The notes under the pieces were generated by a model. The model did no database searches, was not told the origin of the DNA, and saw nothing but the letters and a program-made list of their open reading frames with translations. The position numbers and the translations under genes are program-made. Below are positions 1 through 9,121 of a DNA stretch of 64,000 nt, one piece after another. Within the stretch, counting starts at the first letter, position 1, and the number at the start of each line of letters is the position of its first letter. The DNA is from an uncultured Terracidiphilus sp. (lineage in GTDB: Bacteria > Acidobacteriota > Terriglobia > Terriglobales > Acidobacteriaceae), in NCBI GenBank assembly GCA_964452615.1, contig CAYVMS010000001.1:1997-65996 (forward strand). Direction: 5' to 3'.

Positions 1-2651
1 GCGCGAACCTCTTCTTCTTCTATCTCTGCTGGGAACTCGTCGGACTCTGCTCCTTCAGCTTGGTCGGCTTCTGGTATACCAACAGCGAAGCCGTCCGTGG
101 CGCCCGTAAAGTTTTGCTGATGACGCACATAGCCGGCTATGGCTTGCTTGCGGCCATTCTGGTGATCTACTTCCGCACCGGCAGCGCTCTCTGGACCGAT
201 CCGGCAGTCGCTCACGCCTTCACCGGCGGCGTTTTTGTTCTGATGCTGGTGTCGCTGGTAGCCAAATCTGTGCAATTTCCCTTGCATACATGGATTCCCG
301 AGGCCATGGCGGCGCCCACTCCGGTCAGCGCTTTGCTTCACGCGGCTTGCTACGTAAAGGCTGGCGTATACCTTGCCTGCCGCATGCATAGTTTCGGCGC
401 TTGGCCGCAGTCTGGTGGCTTCGCCTGGGGCAACGCGTCCCTCGTCTGGATCGGCACCGTCACCATGGCCGTCGGCGTCATGTACGCCATGGTCCAGACG
501 GACCTGAAGCGCATGTTGGCTTTTTCGACTGTCAGCCAGATCGGCTACATGATGCTTGGCATCGGCATCGGCACACCGCTGGCCATCGCCGCCGGTCTGC
601 TTCACTGCCTCAATCACGGATTCTTCAAGGGCGGGCTCTTCCTCACAGCAGGCTCTGTCCAGCACGCCGCTGGCACCCGCGACATGAACCAGCTAGGCGG
701 TCTGGCGCAAAAGATGCCCCGGACCACATTGTCCTGGCTGATCGGCGTCGGCAGCATGATGGGCATTCCACTCATGAGCGGCTTCGCCAGCAAATGGATG
801 CTCTACGCCGCAGCCCTGCAAGCCGGATGGGCCGTTCCTGCCATGGTCGCTTGGGCGGTCAGTCTGGGCACGGTCTTCCTCGGAGCCAAGGCCACCAGTG
901 CAGTCTTCCTTGGCCCGCTCACCCCTGCCACTAAAGACGCACACGAATCCCCATCCACAATGGTCTGGGGCATGGGCTTCATGGCCGCGGGCAGCGTCAT
1001 CCTCGGCATCGCCCCGCAATTGGCAGTCAACTACCTGCTCAATCCAATCCTCGGCGCTCTGCAAATGGCCACGGTTCAGGTCACCTGGTTTGGACTTTCG
1101 GTCGATGCTGGCAGCTTCTCGACCATGGGCGGTTTGGTGCTTGCCGTAGTTTCGTTGATTGTTGGCGGAGTGATCTACGCCATCGCCTACGTTGCACGCC
1201 CGGTAGCATCTGGTGGCGCGGCGTTGGCTGGAGGCGGCGGAATCTTCACCGGCGGCGAGCCCTTGTCGGACCAAGGAAGGCTCACCGCAGCCGACTTCTC
1301 CGCCATCTTCCTAGGCAACTGGCACGACTTCTTCCGCTGGTCCAATGTGGACGCTGTTTATCTTGGCTTCTGGCACGGCTTGCAAGCTGTTTCGCGCGGC
1401 CTCGGCATCGTTGTCTCATGGATGGAGCGCTACGCTGCGGTTCTCGTTATCGCACTGGCCGCTGTGGTATTGGCGTGCATTCGCTGGTTTGCCCCACCAT
1501 CGTTGGGCATTGATACTGCCGTACTTCTCCGCGTTCCGGCATTGCTGGTTGTTGCTTGCACCGTGGCCGGCCTCGCAATGCTTCTGGCTGCTCTGTCGCA
1601 GAAGACAAGCCGCCGCCTGTTGCCTCTGATGTTTGTGGCCGTCGCCGCTACAATTGCAGGACTGGCGTTGGCCGCTCCGCAGCTTCGTCTTGGTCTTTTG
1701 GAACTGGGCGCGCTGCTGACCGTAGCTCTGGTTTGGCAGAGCGCACGGACTCTTCGCACCAAGCTCACCTACCTCGCAGTTGTACTCGTCTCGGCTTCGT
1801 CACTCATCGCTAGCGATCTGCTGCTGGAGCATGGGCAGGCCGATTGGGCGCGGGCATTATTGCTGACAAGCGTCTTCGTCAAGCTGGCCGCAGTGCCGCT
1901 CTTCTTCTGGCTGCTTAGTCTCGCCGACGAACTTCCGGCGCTTGTTCTGGGCTTGATCATCGCGGTCGTCGATATGGCTGCCTTTGGCGAGTTCCTGCTC
2001 ACCGCGCAGACCATCTCCACTTATCTCCAACACCATGAGCTCTTGCTAGGCGCAGCAGCCGCAACTTCATTCCTCGCAGCTCTTCTGATGCTCACGCAAC
2101 GCAGCCTCAAACGGCTATTGGTTCTCTCGACCGTCGAGGACGCCGGCTTCCTGCTCTTCGGTGTCTTCTCCGTGAGCGTGATTGGATTCGAAGGCGCGTT
2201 GATTGCCGCCTCGACTCACGCCATTGCCAAGGCTCTTCTCTTCGCCTGCCTCAGCGGTCCAGAGGCCGACGGCGCGCTTGAAGGTGAGCCCAAGGGTCTT
2301 GCCGCGCGCTACCCTGTCGCAGCATTCGGTTTCCTCTTCGGAATGCTGGCCATGCTCGGCATTCCGCCAACCATGGGGTTCGTCGGCCGTTGGAGACTTT
2401 ACGAGACAGCCTTGCAGATCAACCCATGGCTGGCCACGGTCTTCATTCTCTCTTCCATCCTCGCACTGATCGCTTATGTGCTCGCGCTAACCCGCTTCTG
2501 GTGGGGACCGCCTGATAAACCGGATCCGGCCACTCCGCCGGCAGAGGAGCCAATCCTGCTGCAGGCGACGATTATCGCGATGACAGTGCTGCTGCTGGCA
2601 GCAGGCATCTTGCCGAATATGCTGCAACCGCTGCTGGGGGGAAGACCGTGA
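1..2651 (+). CDS. Antiporter-like (NuoL/MrpA + NuoM/N/MrpD fused; CooM/EchA/HyfB-like) membrane subunit of a group 4 [NiFe]-hydrogenase, 5'-truncated by the window
   Basis: Frame open from the window start (..LCWELVGLCSF..). NuoL-type motifs AKSVQFPLHTWIPEAMAAPTPVSALLH and DLKRMLAFSTVSQIGY, then a second antiporter module (VKLAAVPLFFW, SLKRLLVLST, LGIPPTMGFVGRW). Confidence 0.9.
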   Translation, partial: ANLFFFYLCWELVGLCSFSLVGFWYTNSEAVRGARKVLLMTHIAGYGLLAAILVIYFRTGSALWTDPAVAHAFTGGVFVLMLVSLVAKSVQFPLHTWIPEAMAAPTPVSALLHAACYVKAGVYLACRMHSFGAWPQSGGFAWGNASLVWIGTVTMAVGVMYAMVQTDLKRMLAFSTVSQIGYMMLGIGIGTPLAIAAGLLHCLNHGFFKGGLFLTAGSVQHAAGTRDMNQLGGLAQKMPRTTLSWLIGVGSMMGIPLMSGFASKWMLYAAALQAGWAVPAMVAWAVSLGTVFLGAKATSAVFLGPLTPATKDAHESPSTMVWGMGFMAAGSVILGIAPQLAVNYLLNPILGALQMATVQVTWFGLSVDAGSFSTMGGLVLAVVSLIVGGVIYAIAYVARPVASGGAALAGGGGIFTGGEPLSDQGRLTAADFSAIFLGNWHDFFRWSNVDAVYLGFWHGLQAVSRGLGIVVSWMERYAAVLVIALAAVVLACIRWFAPPSLGIDTAVLLRVPALLVVACTVAGLAMLLAALSQKTSRRLLPLMFVAVAATIAGLALAAPQLRLGLLELGALLTVALVWQSARTLRTKLTYLAVVLVSASSLIASDLLLEHGQADWARALLLTSVFVKLAAVPLFFWLLSLADELPALVLGLIIAVVDMAAFGEFLLTAQTISTYLQHHELLLGAAAATSFLAALLMLTQRSLKRLLVLSTVEDAGFLLFGVFSVSVIGFEGALIAASTHAIAKALLFACLSGPEADGALEGEPKGLAARYPVAAFGFLFGMLAMLGIPPTMGFVGRWRLYETALQINPWLATVFILSSILALIAYVLALTRFWWGPPDKPDPATPPAEEPILLQATIIAMTVLLLAAGILPNMLQPLLGGRP

Positions 2652-3196
2652 ACCTTTGGAATAAGTTGATGTGCTACTCCCGCCGCCACAGTCCCTGGCT
2701 CTTCCATATGAACGGGGGCAGTTGCAACGGCTGCGATATTGAATTGATCGCCAGCCTCACTCCCCGTTACGACGCCGAGCAGTTGGGTGTGCGTCTCGAG
2801 GGCAGCCCGCGTCACGCAGACATTCTCTGCATCACAGGGCCTATCACCCACAACGCTACGGACGCCATCAAGACCGTCTACGATCAGGTCTGCGGACCCA
2901 AGGCCGTTGTCGCAATAGGCTCCTGCCCTGCCACCACTAATGTCTTTATTGAGAGCCGCACACTTGAAGGACCGCTCAACAAACACATCCCGGTCGACGT
3001 ATTCGTTCCCGGCTGCCCGCCCCGTCCCGACGCCATCATCCTCGGAGTCGCCAAGGCCGCCGAGATCCTGGCTGAGAGAGCAGGAAAGAAGCTGCCCGTC
3101 GCGCCTGTCGTGATGCCTCTTGTCGGACCAGGATGCGATGGCGCTTGCGCCTGCACAACCGCAAAACAAGCCAAGACCGAGGAGGTGGCTCAATGA
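2648..3196 (+). CDS. Group 4 [NiFe]-hydrogenase small subunit (NuoB/EchC/CooL-like)
   Basis: GGSCNGCDIE, SPRHADIL, AIGSCP and VFVPGCPPRP motifs; GTGA overlap with the upstream stop. Confidence 0.92.
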   Translation: MNLWNKLMCYSRRHSPWLFHMNGGSCNGCDIELIASLTPRYDAEQLGVRLEGSPRHADILCITGPITHNATDAIKTVYDQVCGPKAVVAIGSCPATTNVFIESRTLEGPLNKHIPVDVFVPGCPPRPDAIILGVAKAAEILAERAGKKLPVAPVVMPLVGPGCDGACACTTAKQAKTEEVAQ

Positions 3197-4107
3197 ACCT
3201 GATCACTGCCCTAGCCCGCCTGCTCATCTTTCCAGGCTTGCTCTTCGCCGTCCCCGCCGCGTGGTTCTTCCTTTGGGTTGAACGCAAAGCCGTCGCACGG
3301 ATGCAGGGCCGCATTGGCCCTCCCTTCATGCAGCCCTTCTTCGACTTCATCAAGCTACTCGGCAAGTCGACGCCGCCGCGCAACGGAATCGGTGGCATGT
3401 TGATGAAGGCATGGCCGCTCATCGCTGTCTCATCCGCTGCTGGCGCTGTGGGTCTCTTGCCCGTACTGCCCGCCTCCGGCGGATTCCAGGGCGACTTGAT
3501 CTTGCTGCTCGCACTGCTTGAGTTGCCCTCGATGTGCATCATCGCCGCGGGCTTCTCTTCCGGCTCGATCTTTGGCGAGATCGGCTCTGCCCGCGAAGCC
3601 GTATTGAGCGTCTCGTACAACATCGTTTTTCTCTTGGCAATCGTCTCCATCGCAGCCTCGCAGCACACCTTCAGCCTCGGTGCGCTGGCGCAGCAATCCG
3701 CCTCGCCGCTGCGCTGGCTGGGAGTGATTGCGATTCTCGTTTGTCTGCCGGCCAAGCTGCATCTCAACCCCTTCTCTCTTCCCAATGCCGAGCAGGAGAT
3801 CTACTCCGGCCCGATCACTGAATATGCAGGCCCTGAGCTGGCCATGTGGGAGCTCTCTCACGGTTTGGAATGGGTTGCTGCCACCGGCCTCGTAGCCACG
3901 TTGGTTGCTCCGATCGTCACCCTTTGGTGGGTCGCCGCGCTCATCTTCGTCGCACTCTGCTTTGCGATTGTGCTGCTTCTGTCTGTTGTCGCGGCAGCCA
4001 CTGCGCGCTTGCAGATCGACACAACGGTGCGTTTTTACTGGCAATGCACCCTGATTTTCGCGGTTCTGGCCGTCGCATCCGCGCTTTTTATGAGGTATAG
4101 AGCATGA
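3193..4107 (+). CDS. Hydrogenase membrane subunit (NuoH/EchB/CooK-like)
   Basis: ERKAVARMQGRIGPP..QPFFDFIKLLGK and PFSLPNAEQEIYSGPITEYAG motifs; ATG at 3193 overlaps the previous stop (ATGA) after GGAGG. Confidence 0.92.
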   Translation: MNLITALARLLIFPGLLFAVPAAWFFLWVERKAVARMQGRIGPPFMQPFFDFIKLLGKSTPPRNGIGGMLMKAWPLIAVSSAAGAVGLLPVLPASGGFQGDLILLLALLELPSMCIIAAGFSSGSIFGEIGSAREAVLSVSYNIVFLLAIVSIAASQHTFSLGALAQQSASPLRWLGVIAILVCLPAKLHLNPFSLPNAEQEIYSGPITEYAGPELAMWELSHGLEWVAATGLVATLVAPIVTLWWVAALIFVALCFAIVLLLSVVAAATARLQIDTTVRFYWQCTLIFAVLAVASALFMRYRA

Positions 4108-4520
4108 ACATTCTTGCCATGATGTGGAAGAACCTGTGGGGTGGTCCACGGACCATGCTCTTTCCTAAGCGTCCTGTGGTGACCGAGCATTTCCGCGGTC
4201 AGGTTCGCTTCGATCCCGCGCTCTGCACCGGCTGCGCCATCTGCAAATTCCGCTGCACAGCTAAGGCCATCGAGTTCAAGGCCGGCAAAGGCGAGTTCAC
4301 CTGGAGCTACGAACCCGGCCAATGCACCTTCTGCGGTCGCTGCGTCGAGGGCTGCAAGACCCACGCCCTCAGCCAGGACTGCGAATGTCCGCCCATCTAT
4401 ACGACCATCGGCGAGCTGAAGACCTCTTACACCGTCGCCCGCAAGCCGCCTGCGCCCAAGCCAGCCGTACAGGCCGCTGCCGCACCCGCGTCCATTCCCG
4501 CCACTGGAGAGACAAAATGA
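4104..4520 (+). CDS. 2x[4Fe-4S] ferredoxin subunit (NuoI/EchF/CooX-like)
   Basis: Two CxxCxxCxxxC motifs (CTGCAICKFRC, CTFCGRCVEGC); ATGA coupling. Confidence 0.92.
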   Translation: MNILAMMWKNLWGGPRTMLFPKRPVVTEHFRGQVRFDPALCTGCAICKFRCTAKAIEFKAGKGEFTWSYEPGQCTFCGRCVEGCKTHALSQDCECPPIYTTIGELKTSYTVARKPPAPKPAVQAAAAPASIPATGETK

Positions 4521-4951
4521 TGCTCACAATGACCCCGCTCGAAGCCATTTCGGAGAAACTGAAGACTACGGAGCCCTGGGTAGACACGGGCGGCGTTCAC
4601 TGGCTCTCACCCGGCGGTCTCAAGGTGCGCGAGCTTGCCCAGGCAATGAATGAACTTCATGCCCGCTTCGTCACCATAACCGCCTACCAGTTGCCGGGCG
4701 AGCAAGGCTTTCGTCTGGAGTATCACTGGGATCTCGACGGCTGCCTGCTCGGCTTTCCCTTCTTGCTTACGGGCAACTCCATTGAAAGCGGCAAGATCGA
4801 GAGCATTTACGACCTCTGTGAGGCCGTCGACTGGATCGAGCGCGAGATTTACGAGGGCTTTGGCATTAACTTCCTGGGCCGCGAATACGAACCCCTGCTT
4901 CTGCGGCAGGGAGACACCGTGGGCGTGAACCTGCGTGAGGAGAAAAAATGA
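4517..4951 (+). CDS. NuoC/EchD/CooU-like subunit
   Basis: LEYHWD..ESIYDLCEAVDWIEREIYEGFGINFLG is the NuoC-family signature; ATG at 4517 overlaps the previous stop. Confidence 0.85.
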   Translation: MMLTMTPLEAISEKLKTTEPWVDTGGVHWLSPGGLKVRELAQAMNELHARFVTITAYQLPGEQGFRLEYHWDLDGCLLGFPFLLTGNSIESGKIESIYDLCEAVDWIEREIYEGFGINFLGREYEPLLLRQGDTVGVNLREEKK

Positions 4952-6030
4952 GCTACAAAATCCCCATGGGCCCATACCACCCGGCGCTCGAAGAACCATA
5001 CAAGCTTGACCTGATTTGCGAAGGCGAAACCGTACAAGACGCCAAGCTGCATATCGGCTTCAATTTTCGCGGCATCGAGCACCTCGCCGAGACGCGGAAC
5101 TACATTCAGGTCATCGCGCTGATGGAGCGGGTCTGCGGCATCTGCTCGAACATTCACACGCTCACCCTTTGTCAGGCAATGGAGGGTCTCACCGGCCTCA
5201 CCCCGCCCCCGCGCGCCCTCTATATTCGCACCATCATGGCCGAGCTTGAGCGCCTGCACTCGCACGTGCTCTGGGCCGGCATCGCAGCCAAGCTCATGGG
5301 CTTCAAGACCATGTTCATGACCTGTTTTGAACTGCGCGAAAAGGTAATGGATGTGCTTCAGGCCATCAGCGGCAACCGCGTCAACTATTCGATGAACCGC
5401 ATCGGCGGCGTCAACCGCGACATCGACGACCCACAGGCAATTCTCAAGCTGGTCGAGGCCCTTGAACTCGAAATGGCCCGCACCGTCATCCCCATCTTCA
5501 CCACCAGTTCTACCGCGCGCTCACGTTGCGCCGGCATCGGCGTGCTGACCAAAGAGAAGGCTATCTCCTGCGGCGTCGTTGGGCCCGTTGCGCGAGCCTC
5601 CGGTTTGCCTCAGGACATTCGCCGCGCCGCGCCCTACGCAGCATACTCCGAGATGGCGTTCGATGTGCCGGTTCAGCCCGACGGCGACGTCCGCGCCCGC
5701 CTGCTGGTTCGCGCCCTCGAAATCATGGAGAGTTGCAAAATCCTTCGTCAGGCTCTGGCCAAGCTGCCTCCCGGCGAAATCGCTACCGAGGGTGAGAAGT
5801 TCTCCTTCGTGACCGGAACAGCCACCAGCCGTGTCGAAGCGCCCCGCGGAGAAGTGATGTACTCGGTCAGTTGGAAAGAGGGCTCCAGAAACCCAGCCCG
5901 GGTCCATGTGCGCACGCCGACCTTTGCTGTCATGCCAGCGATTCGCTGGATGGTTGTTGGTGCCCGTCTGGCCGACACGCCATTAATCCAGGCCTCCATC
6001 GACCCCTGCTACTCCTGCACAGACAGGTAA
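4948..6030 (+). CDS. Group 4 [NiFe]-hydrogenase large subunit (EchE/CooH/MbhL-like)
   Basis: L1 motif ERVCGICS and L2 motif DPCYSCTDR at the very C-terminus; GPYHPALEEP, EAPRGE and RTPT motifs. Confidence 0.93.
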   Translation: MSYKIPMGPYHPALEEPYKLDLICEGETVQDAKLHIGFNFRGIEHLAETRNYIQVIALMERVCGICSNIHTLTLCQAMEGLTGLTPPPRALYIRTIMAELERLHSHVLWAGIAAKLMGFKTMFMTCFELREKVMDVLQAISGNRVNYSMNRIGGVNRDIDDPQAILKLVEALELEMARTVIPIFTTSSTARSRCAGIGVLTKEKAISCGVVGPVARASGLPQDIRRAAPYAAYSEMAFDVPVQPDGDVRARLLVRALEIMESCKILRQALAKLPPGEIATEGEKFSFVTGTATSRVEAPRGEVMYSVSWKEGSRNPARVHVRTPTFAVMPAIRWMVVGARLADTPLIQASIDPCYSCTDR

Positions 6031-6054
6031 GCGACTCGTTCACCAACACAATCT

Positions 6055-6096
6055 CCGTGTCCTATCCTTGCGCCGTCATTCCGGCGCAAGGATGGG
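6055..6096. repeat. GC-rich palindrome (REP-like / terminator-like hairpin) after the hydrogenase operon
   Basis: ATCCTTGCGCCG (6064-6075), 6-nt loop, CGGCGCAAGGAT (6082-6093): a perfect 12-bp stem. Confidence 0.55.
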
Positions 6097-6275
6097 CCCA
6101 TCGTTTCGATGGGTCGATACAGCGCCTGCAGACTGCCAGTCTCGATTCTTGAAAAATCCAGGGGTGTAGTGGCGAGGATCAAAAGCCGCAATCCTGTATG
6201 TCCGCAAGGTGCGGGGAAGATCGTATCGGAAAGCATCTTCTCCAGTGGCCCAAGCAAGCTGCACGGCCGACTGAC

Positions 6276-8723
6276 TTAAGGTGCAAAGCTCGCAGGGGTG
6301 CATGGATTATACCCCAGTGAAGTTTGTGTCACCGGAGCCGGCGGCGTGGGCGGAGTGGCCCAGGGAACATTGTCGAAGTCGAAGAAATCAAGCAGGTCTG
6401 GCTGCGCTGCGTCTCGTTGAGTGAGGCTTGGGTTGCCCGGAATGAAGCGGCTCTCGACAAACTTGATCACCGCCGTGTGATCCATGGGTATGTGCGAAAC
6501 ATAGTGTTTCCGCGAGAACGGAGAAATGACGATGTTCGGGAGCCGGAATCCTAGTTGCGCCGCAAATCCGTAGACAGTTGCAGCGTCACCGGGGTTAGCC
6601 CCAGGATCAGAGGACTCCAAGTCGCAGTGGGTCGTAGGCGTCCCGCTGGTTGGCACACAAGGAAAGTAGTTATCGGGATTTACCGCGATCGCCGAGATAT
6701 CCGGTATTGTTCCCAGAGACGCATCGGTGTTGTCGTTTGAGTGACCTGGCACCGGCGGAACATGGTCGTATGGTCCTCCTCCTTCGTCGTAGCTCAGGAA
6801 GAAGACGGAGTCATTCCACTCCTGACTCTCCATAAAAGAATTTACGATATTCGCCACTTGCGCCTGCCCCAATAGAATGGATTGACCTGACCCAGGATGC
6901 TCGTCGTTGTTGCCATACCCGGCCTCAATGAATGCAAAGCTGGGAAGTGTGCCGTTGGTGAGATCGGTGAAGTAAGTTGACAGTGGTGCAATGTGGTCTG
7001 GATCGATGCAGAAAGAGTTCGTTGGATCGTTGACCGCAATCAAAGATCCCTGCGTGGGAGCGGTACAGGGACTTTTGGTTGGATTCTCATACAAATAATT
7101 GAACGAATATTGAAAGTTGGAGAAGTTGGTCGCGGGATACTCAGCGCTCGACCCACCGGAGCACTCATCCGGGTCGAGGCAGTAGCCCTCGGTAACCGTG
7201 TAATAGATCTTCCAGGACACTTTGGCCTTGTCCAACTCCTGGAAAATGACCGGAAGAGCAAGCTGAGATAGATGGTCATTGCCGCCGGGATCCCGAACCA
7301 GGCCCTGGGTCGTGCCTCCCGAAAAGGTGGCTATGCGATTGTCAACACTCTTGCTCGATACCGGCGAGAACCAGCGATCGGACAATGCGAACTGAGATGC
7401 CATGTAGTAGTAGTAATTGAGAAAACCTTGGTCGTAATAGCCCATGGCCCGCTGTCCTGTTAGATCTGTAAAGCTTCCGGAACAGGTGGAGCCGTTCAGC
7501 GCACAGCTATTTGCATAACCTTCGGCGGTGTGGACAAAACCATTCTCCTGGATCTTGCGTGTTGTGAGAAAGTCATAGCGATTGACGTCTCCGTAGCTTG
7601 ACAGCCAATCCGAACTCTCATCATCGACACAGGTGCTGATCAGTTTGAAGAGTGAATAAGATGTGCCTTCATCGTCTGGACTACTGATTTGGGTCAGCTT
7701 GTCGTCGATGCCATCTACGTCGTATGTTTTTCCGTCGTCACCCACATTGAAGTTATTCGCCTTGCGATACGGGTTCAGCATCCCGAAGTAATTATCGAAT
7801 GAATGGTTCTCTTGCAGCATGAATACGACGTGGTCGATAGATTGAACAGAGCCTGCCGGTGTCACCGTTACAGTTGCACTCGCTGAGCCATTTCCACCGG
7901 GCCCGGTTGCTGCTGCTTTGTAAGTGGTGGTCACGGATGGGCTCACCGACTGCGTTCCGCCAGTCGCTGAAAGCGTATAACTGGTACCGTCTGTTCCGCT
8001 CACCGTCACCGAAGTGGCATTCGTCGCGGCAACAGTCAAAGTGGATGAATTCCCCGAGATGATCGTAGTGGGAACCGCGATGATGCTCACGGTTGGCGCC
8101 GGATTCAGCGTCACAGTCACCGTCGCGGCAGCCGAGTTTTTTCCCCCAGCACCAGTGGCGCTCGCTGTGTAAGTGGTGGTCACGGATGGACTCACCGACT
8201 GCGTTCCGCCAGTCGCTGAGAGTATATAACTGGTACCGTCTGTTCCGCTCACCGCCACCGAAGTGGCATTCGTCGCGGCAACAGTCAAAGTGGAGGAAGC
8301 CCCGCTAGTTATCGAAACGGGCATGGCGGTGATTGTGACGGTTGGCGCGGGATTGGTAACGGCAGTCATCGTTACGGTCGCGGTCGCCGAGGTCACCTCT
8401 CCGGCTCCAACTGCTGTTGCAGTGTAAGTGGTGGTCGCGCTTGGGCTCACTGTCTGCGTTCCGCCAGTCGCCGGGAGGCTATAACTGCTGCCATCTGTTC
8501 CGCTCACTGTCACAGAGGTAGCGTTCGTCGCGGTCACACTCAGAGTAGAGGAGCCTCCGCCAGTGATCGAAGCGGGACTGGCGGTGATGCTGACGGCCAG
8601 CACAGGATCTGTGTTAACGTGATTCACAGCCCCACATCCACTGAGTAGCAGGGGCAGCAAGAGGCAGAGAACCGTCGAAGCACATGTCCAGCGGAGCGGT
8701 TGGCGAATGCGTGCATGAGTCAA
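6276..8723 (-). CDS. Phosphoesterase (AcpA/phospholipase C family) lipoprotein with three N-terminal Thr-rich Ig-like repeats
   Basis: HVVFMLQENHSFDNYFG, SKSVDNR, NDEHP, SYDEGGGPYDHVPP, GFRLPNIVISPF and DHTAV motifs; lipobox LLSGC; TTG start at 8723 with AAGGA RBS (the ORF track starts at 8825). Confidence 0.88.
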   Translation of the reverse strand: MTHARIRQPLRWTCASTVLCLLLPLLLSGCGAVNHVNTDPVLAVSITASPASITGGGSSTLSVTATNATSVTVSGTDGSSYSLPATGGTQTVSPSATTTYTATAVGAGEVTSATATVTMTAVTNPAPTVTITAMPVSITSGASSTLTVAATNATSVAVSGTDGTSYILSATGGTQSVSPSVTTTYTASATGAGGKNSAAATVTVTLNPAPTVSIIAVPTTIISGNSSTLTVAATNATSVTVSGTDGTSYTLSATGGTQSVSPSVTTTYKAAATGPGGNGSASATVTVTPAGSVQSIDHVVFMLQENHSFDNYFGMLNPYRKANNFNVGDDGKTYDVDGIDDKLTQISSPDDEGTSYSLFKLISTCVDDESSDWLSSYGDVNRYDFLTTRKIQENGFVHTAEGYANSCALNGSTCSGSFTDLTGQRAMGYYDQGFLNYYYYMASQFALSDRWFSPVSSKSVDNRIATFSGGTTQGLVRDPGGNDHLSQLALPVIFQELDKAKVSWKIYYTVTEGYCLDPDECSGGSSAEYPATNFSNFQYSFNYLYENPTKSPCTAPTQGSLIAVNDPTNSFCIDPDHIAPLSTYFTDLTNGTLPSFAFIEAGYGNNDEHPGSGQSILLGQAQVANIVNSFMESQEWNDSVFFLSYDEGGGPYDHVPPVPGHSNDNTDASLGTIPDISAIAVNPDNYFPCVPTSGTPTTHCDLESSDPGANPGDAATVYGFAAQLGFRLPNIVISPFSRKHYVSHIPMDHTAVIKFVESRFIPGNPSLTQRDAAQPDLLDFFDFDNVPWATPPTPPAPVTQTSLGYNPCTPASFAP
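7915..8550. repeat. Intragenic tandem repeat (~250-bp period, three units) encoding Ig-like domains
   Basis: 7921-8045 and 8170-8294 are nearly identical (249-bp offset); a third, more diverged copy lies at ~8425-8550. Confidence 0.85.
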
Positions 8724-9121
8724 GGTGTTTTCCTTCCTATCGCTTGAGGGGAGCATGCCAGGGTGGGGAACCTCGTGCACAGTCATCGGCTCCGCATCCG
8801 ATCGTGTCGGTTGGTGTGAATGCACTGCTTCCGCGCCAAGGCTATCGCGGCTTTTTTGAGCTTAATCTCCCACGGTTGGTTGGATGCGCTCGGCTTCGTT
8901 ACAGATGCCTGCCTCGTCTGAGCTGCCGCCTTGTCTTTGTTTAAGAAGATTTTTTGATCGCCATTTTGCTTTCCAGGAGATCGAAGGGCAGGCCATGCCG
9001 GGCGAGCAGCCTAACATCAATACAAGATCAAGCAACAAATGTGCGCCTTTGAGCATCTCACGTGTGAGGTGATGACCATGGGCGAGAGGACCATTCGCGA
9101 AACTCTGGAGATCGGCCTTGC

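Noticed and set aside
8860-9120. Possible degenerate DUF2946-like leader (LPPCLC..., RGP) upstream of the TonB receptor
   Set aside because: The motif pieces are in different frames separated by a stop, and the similarity is too weak.
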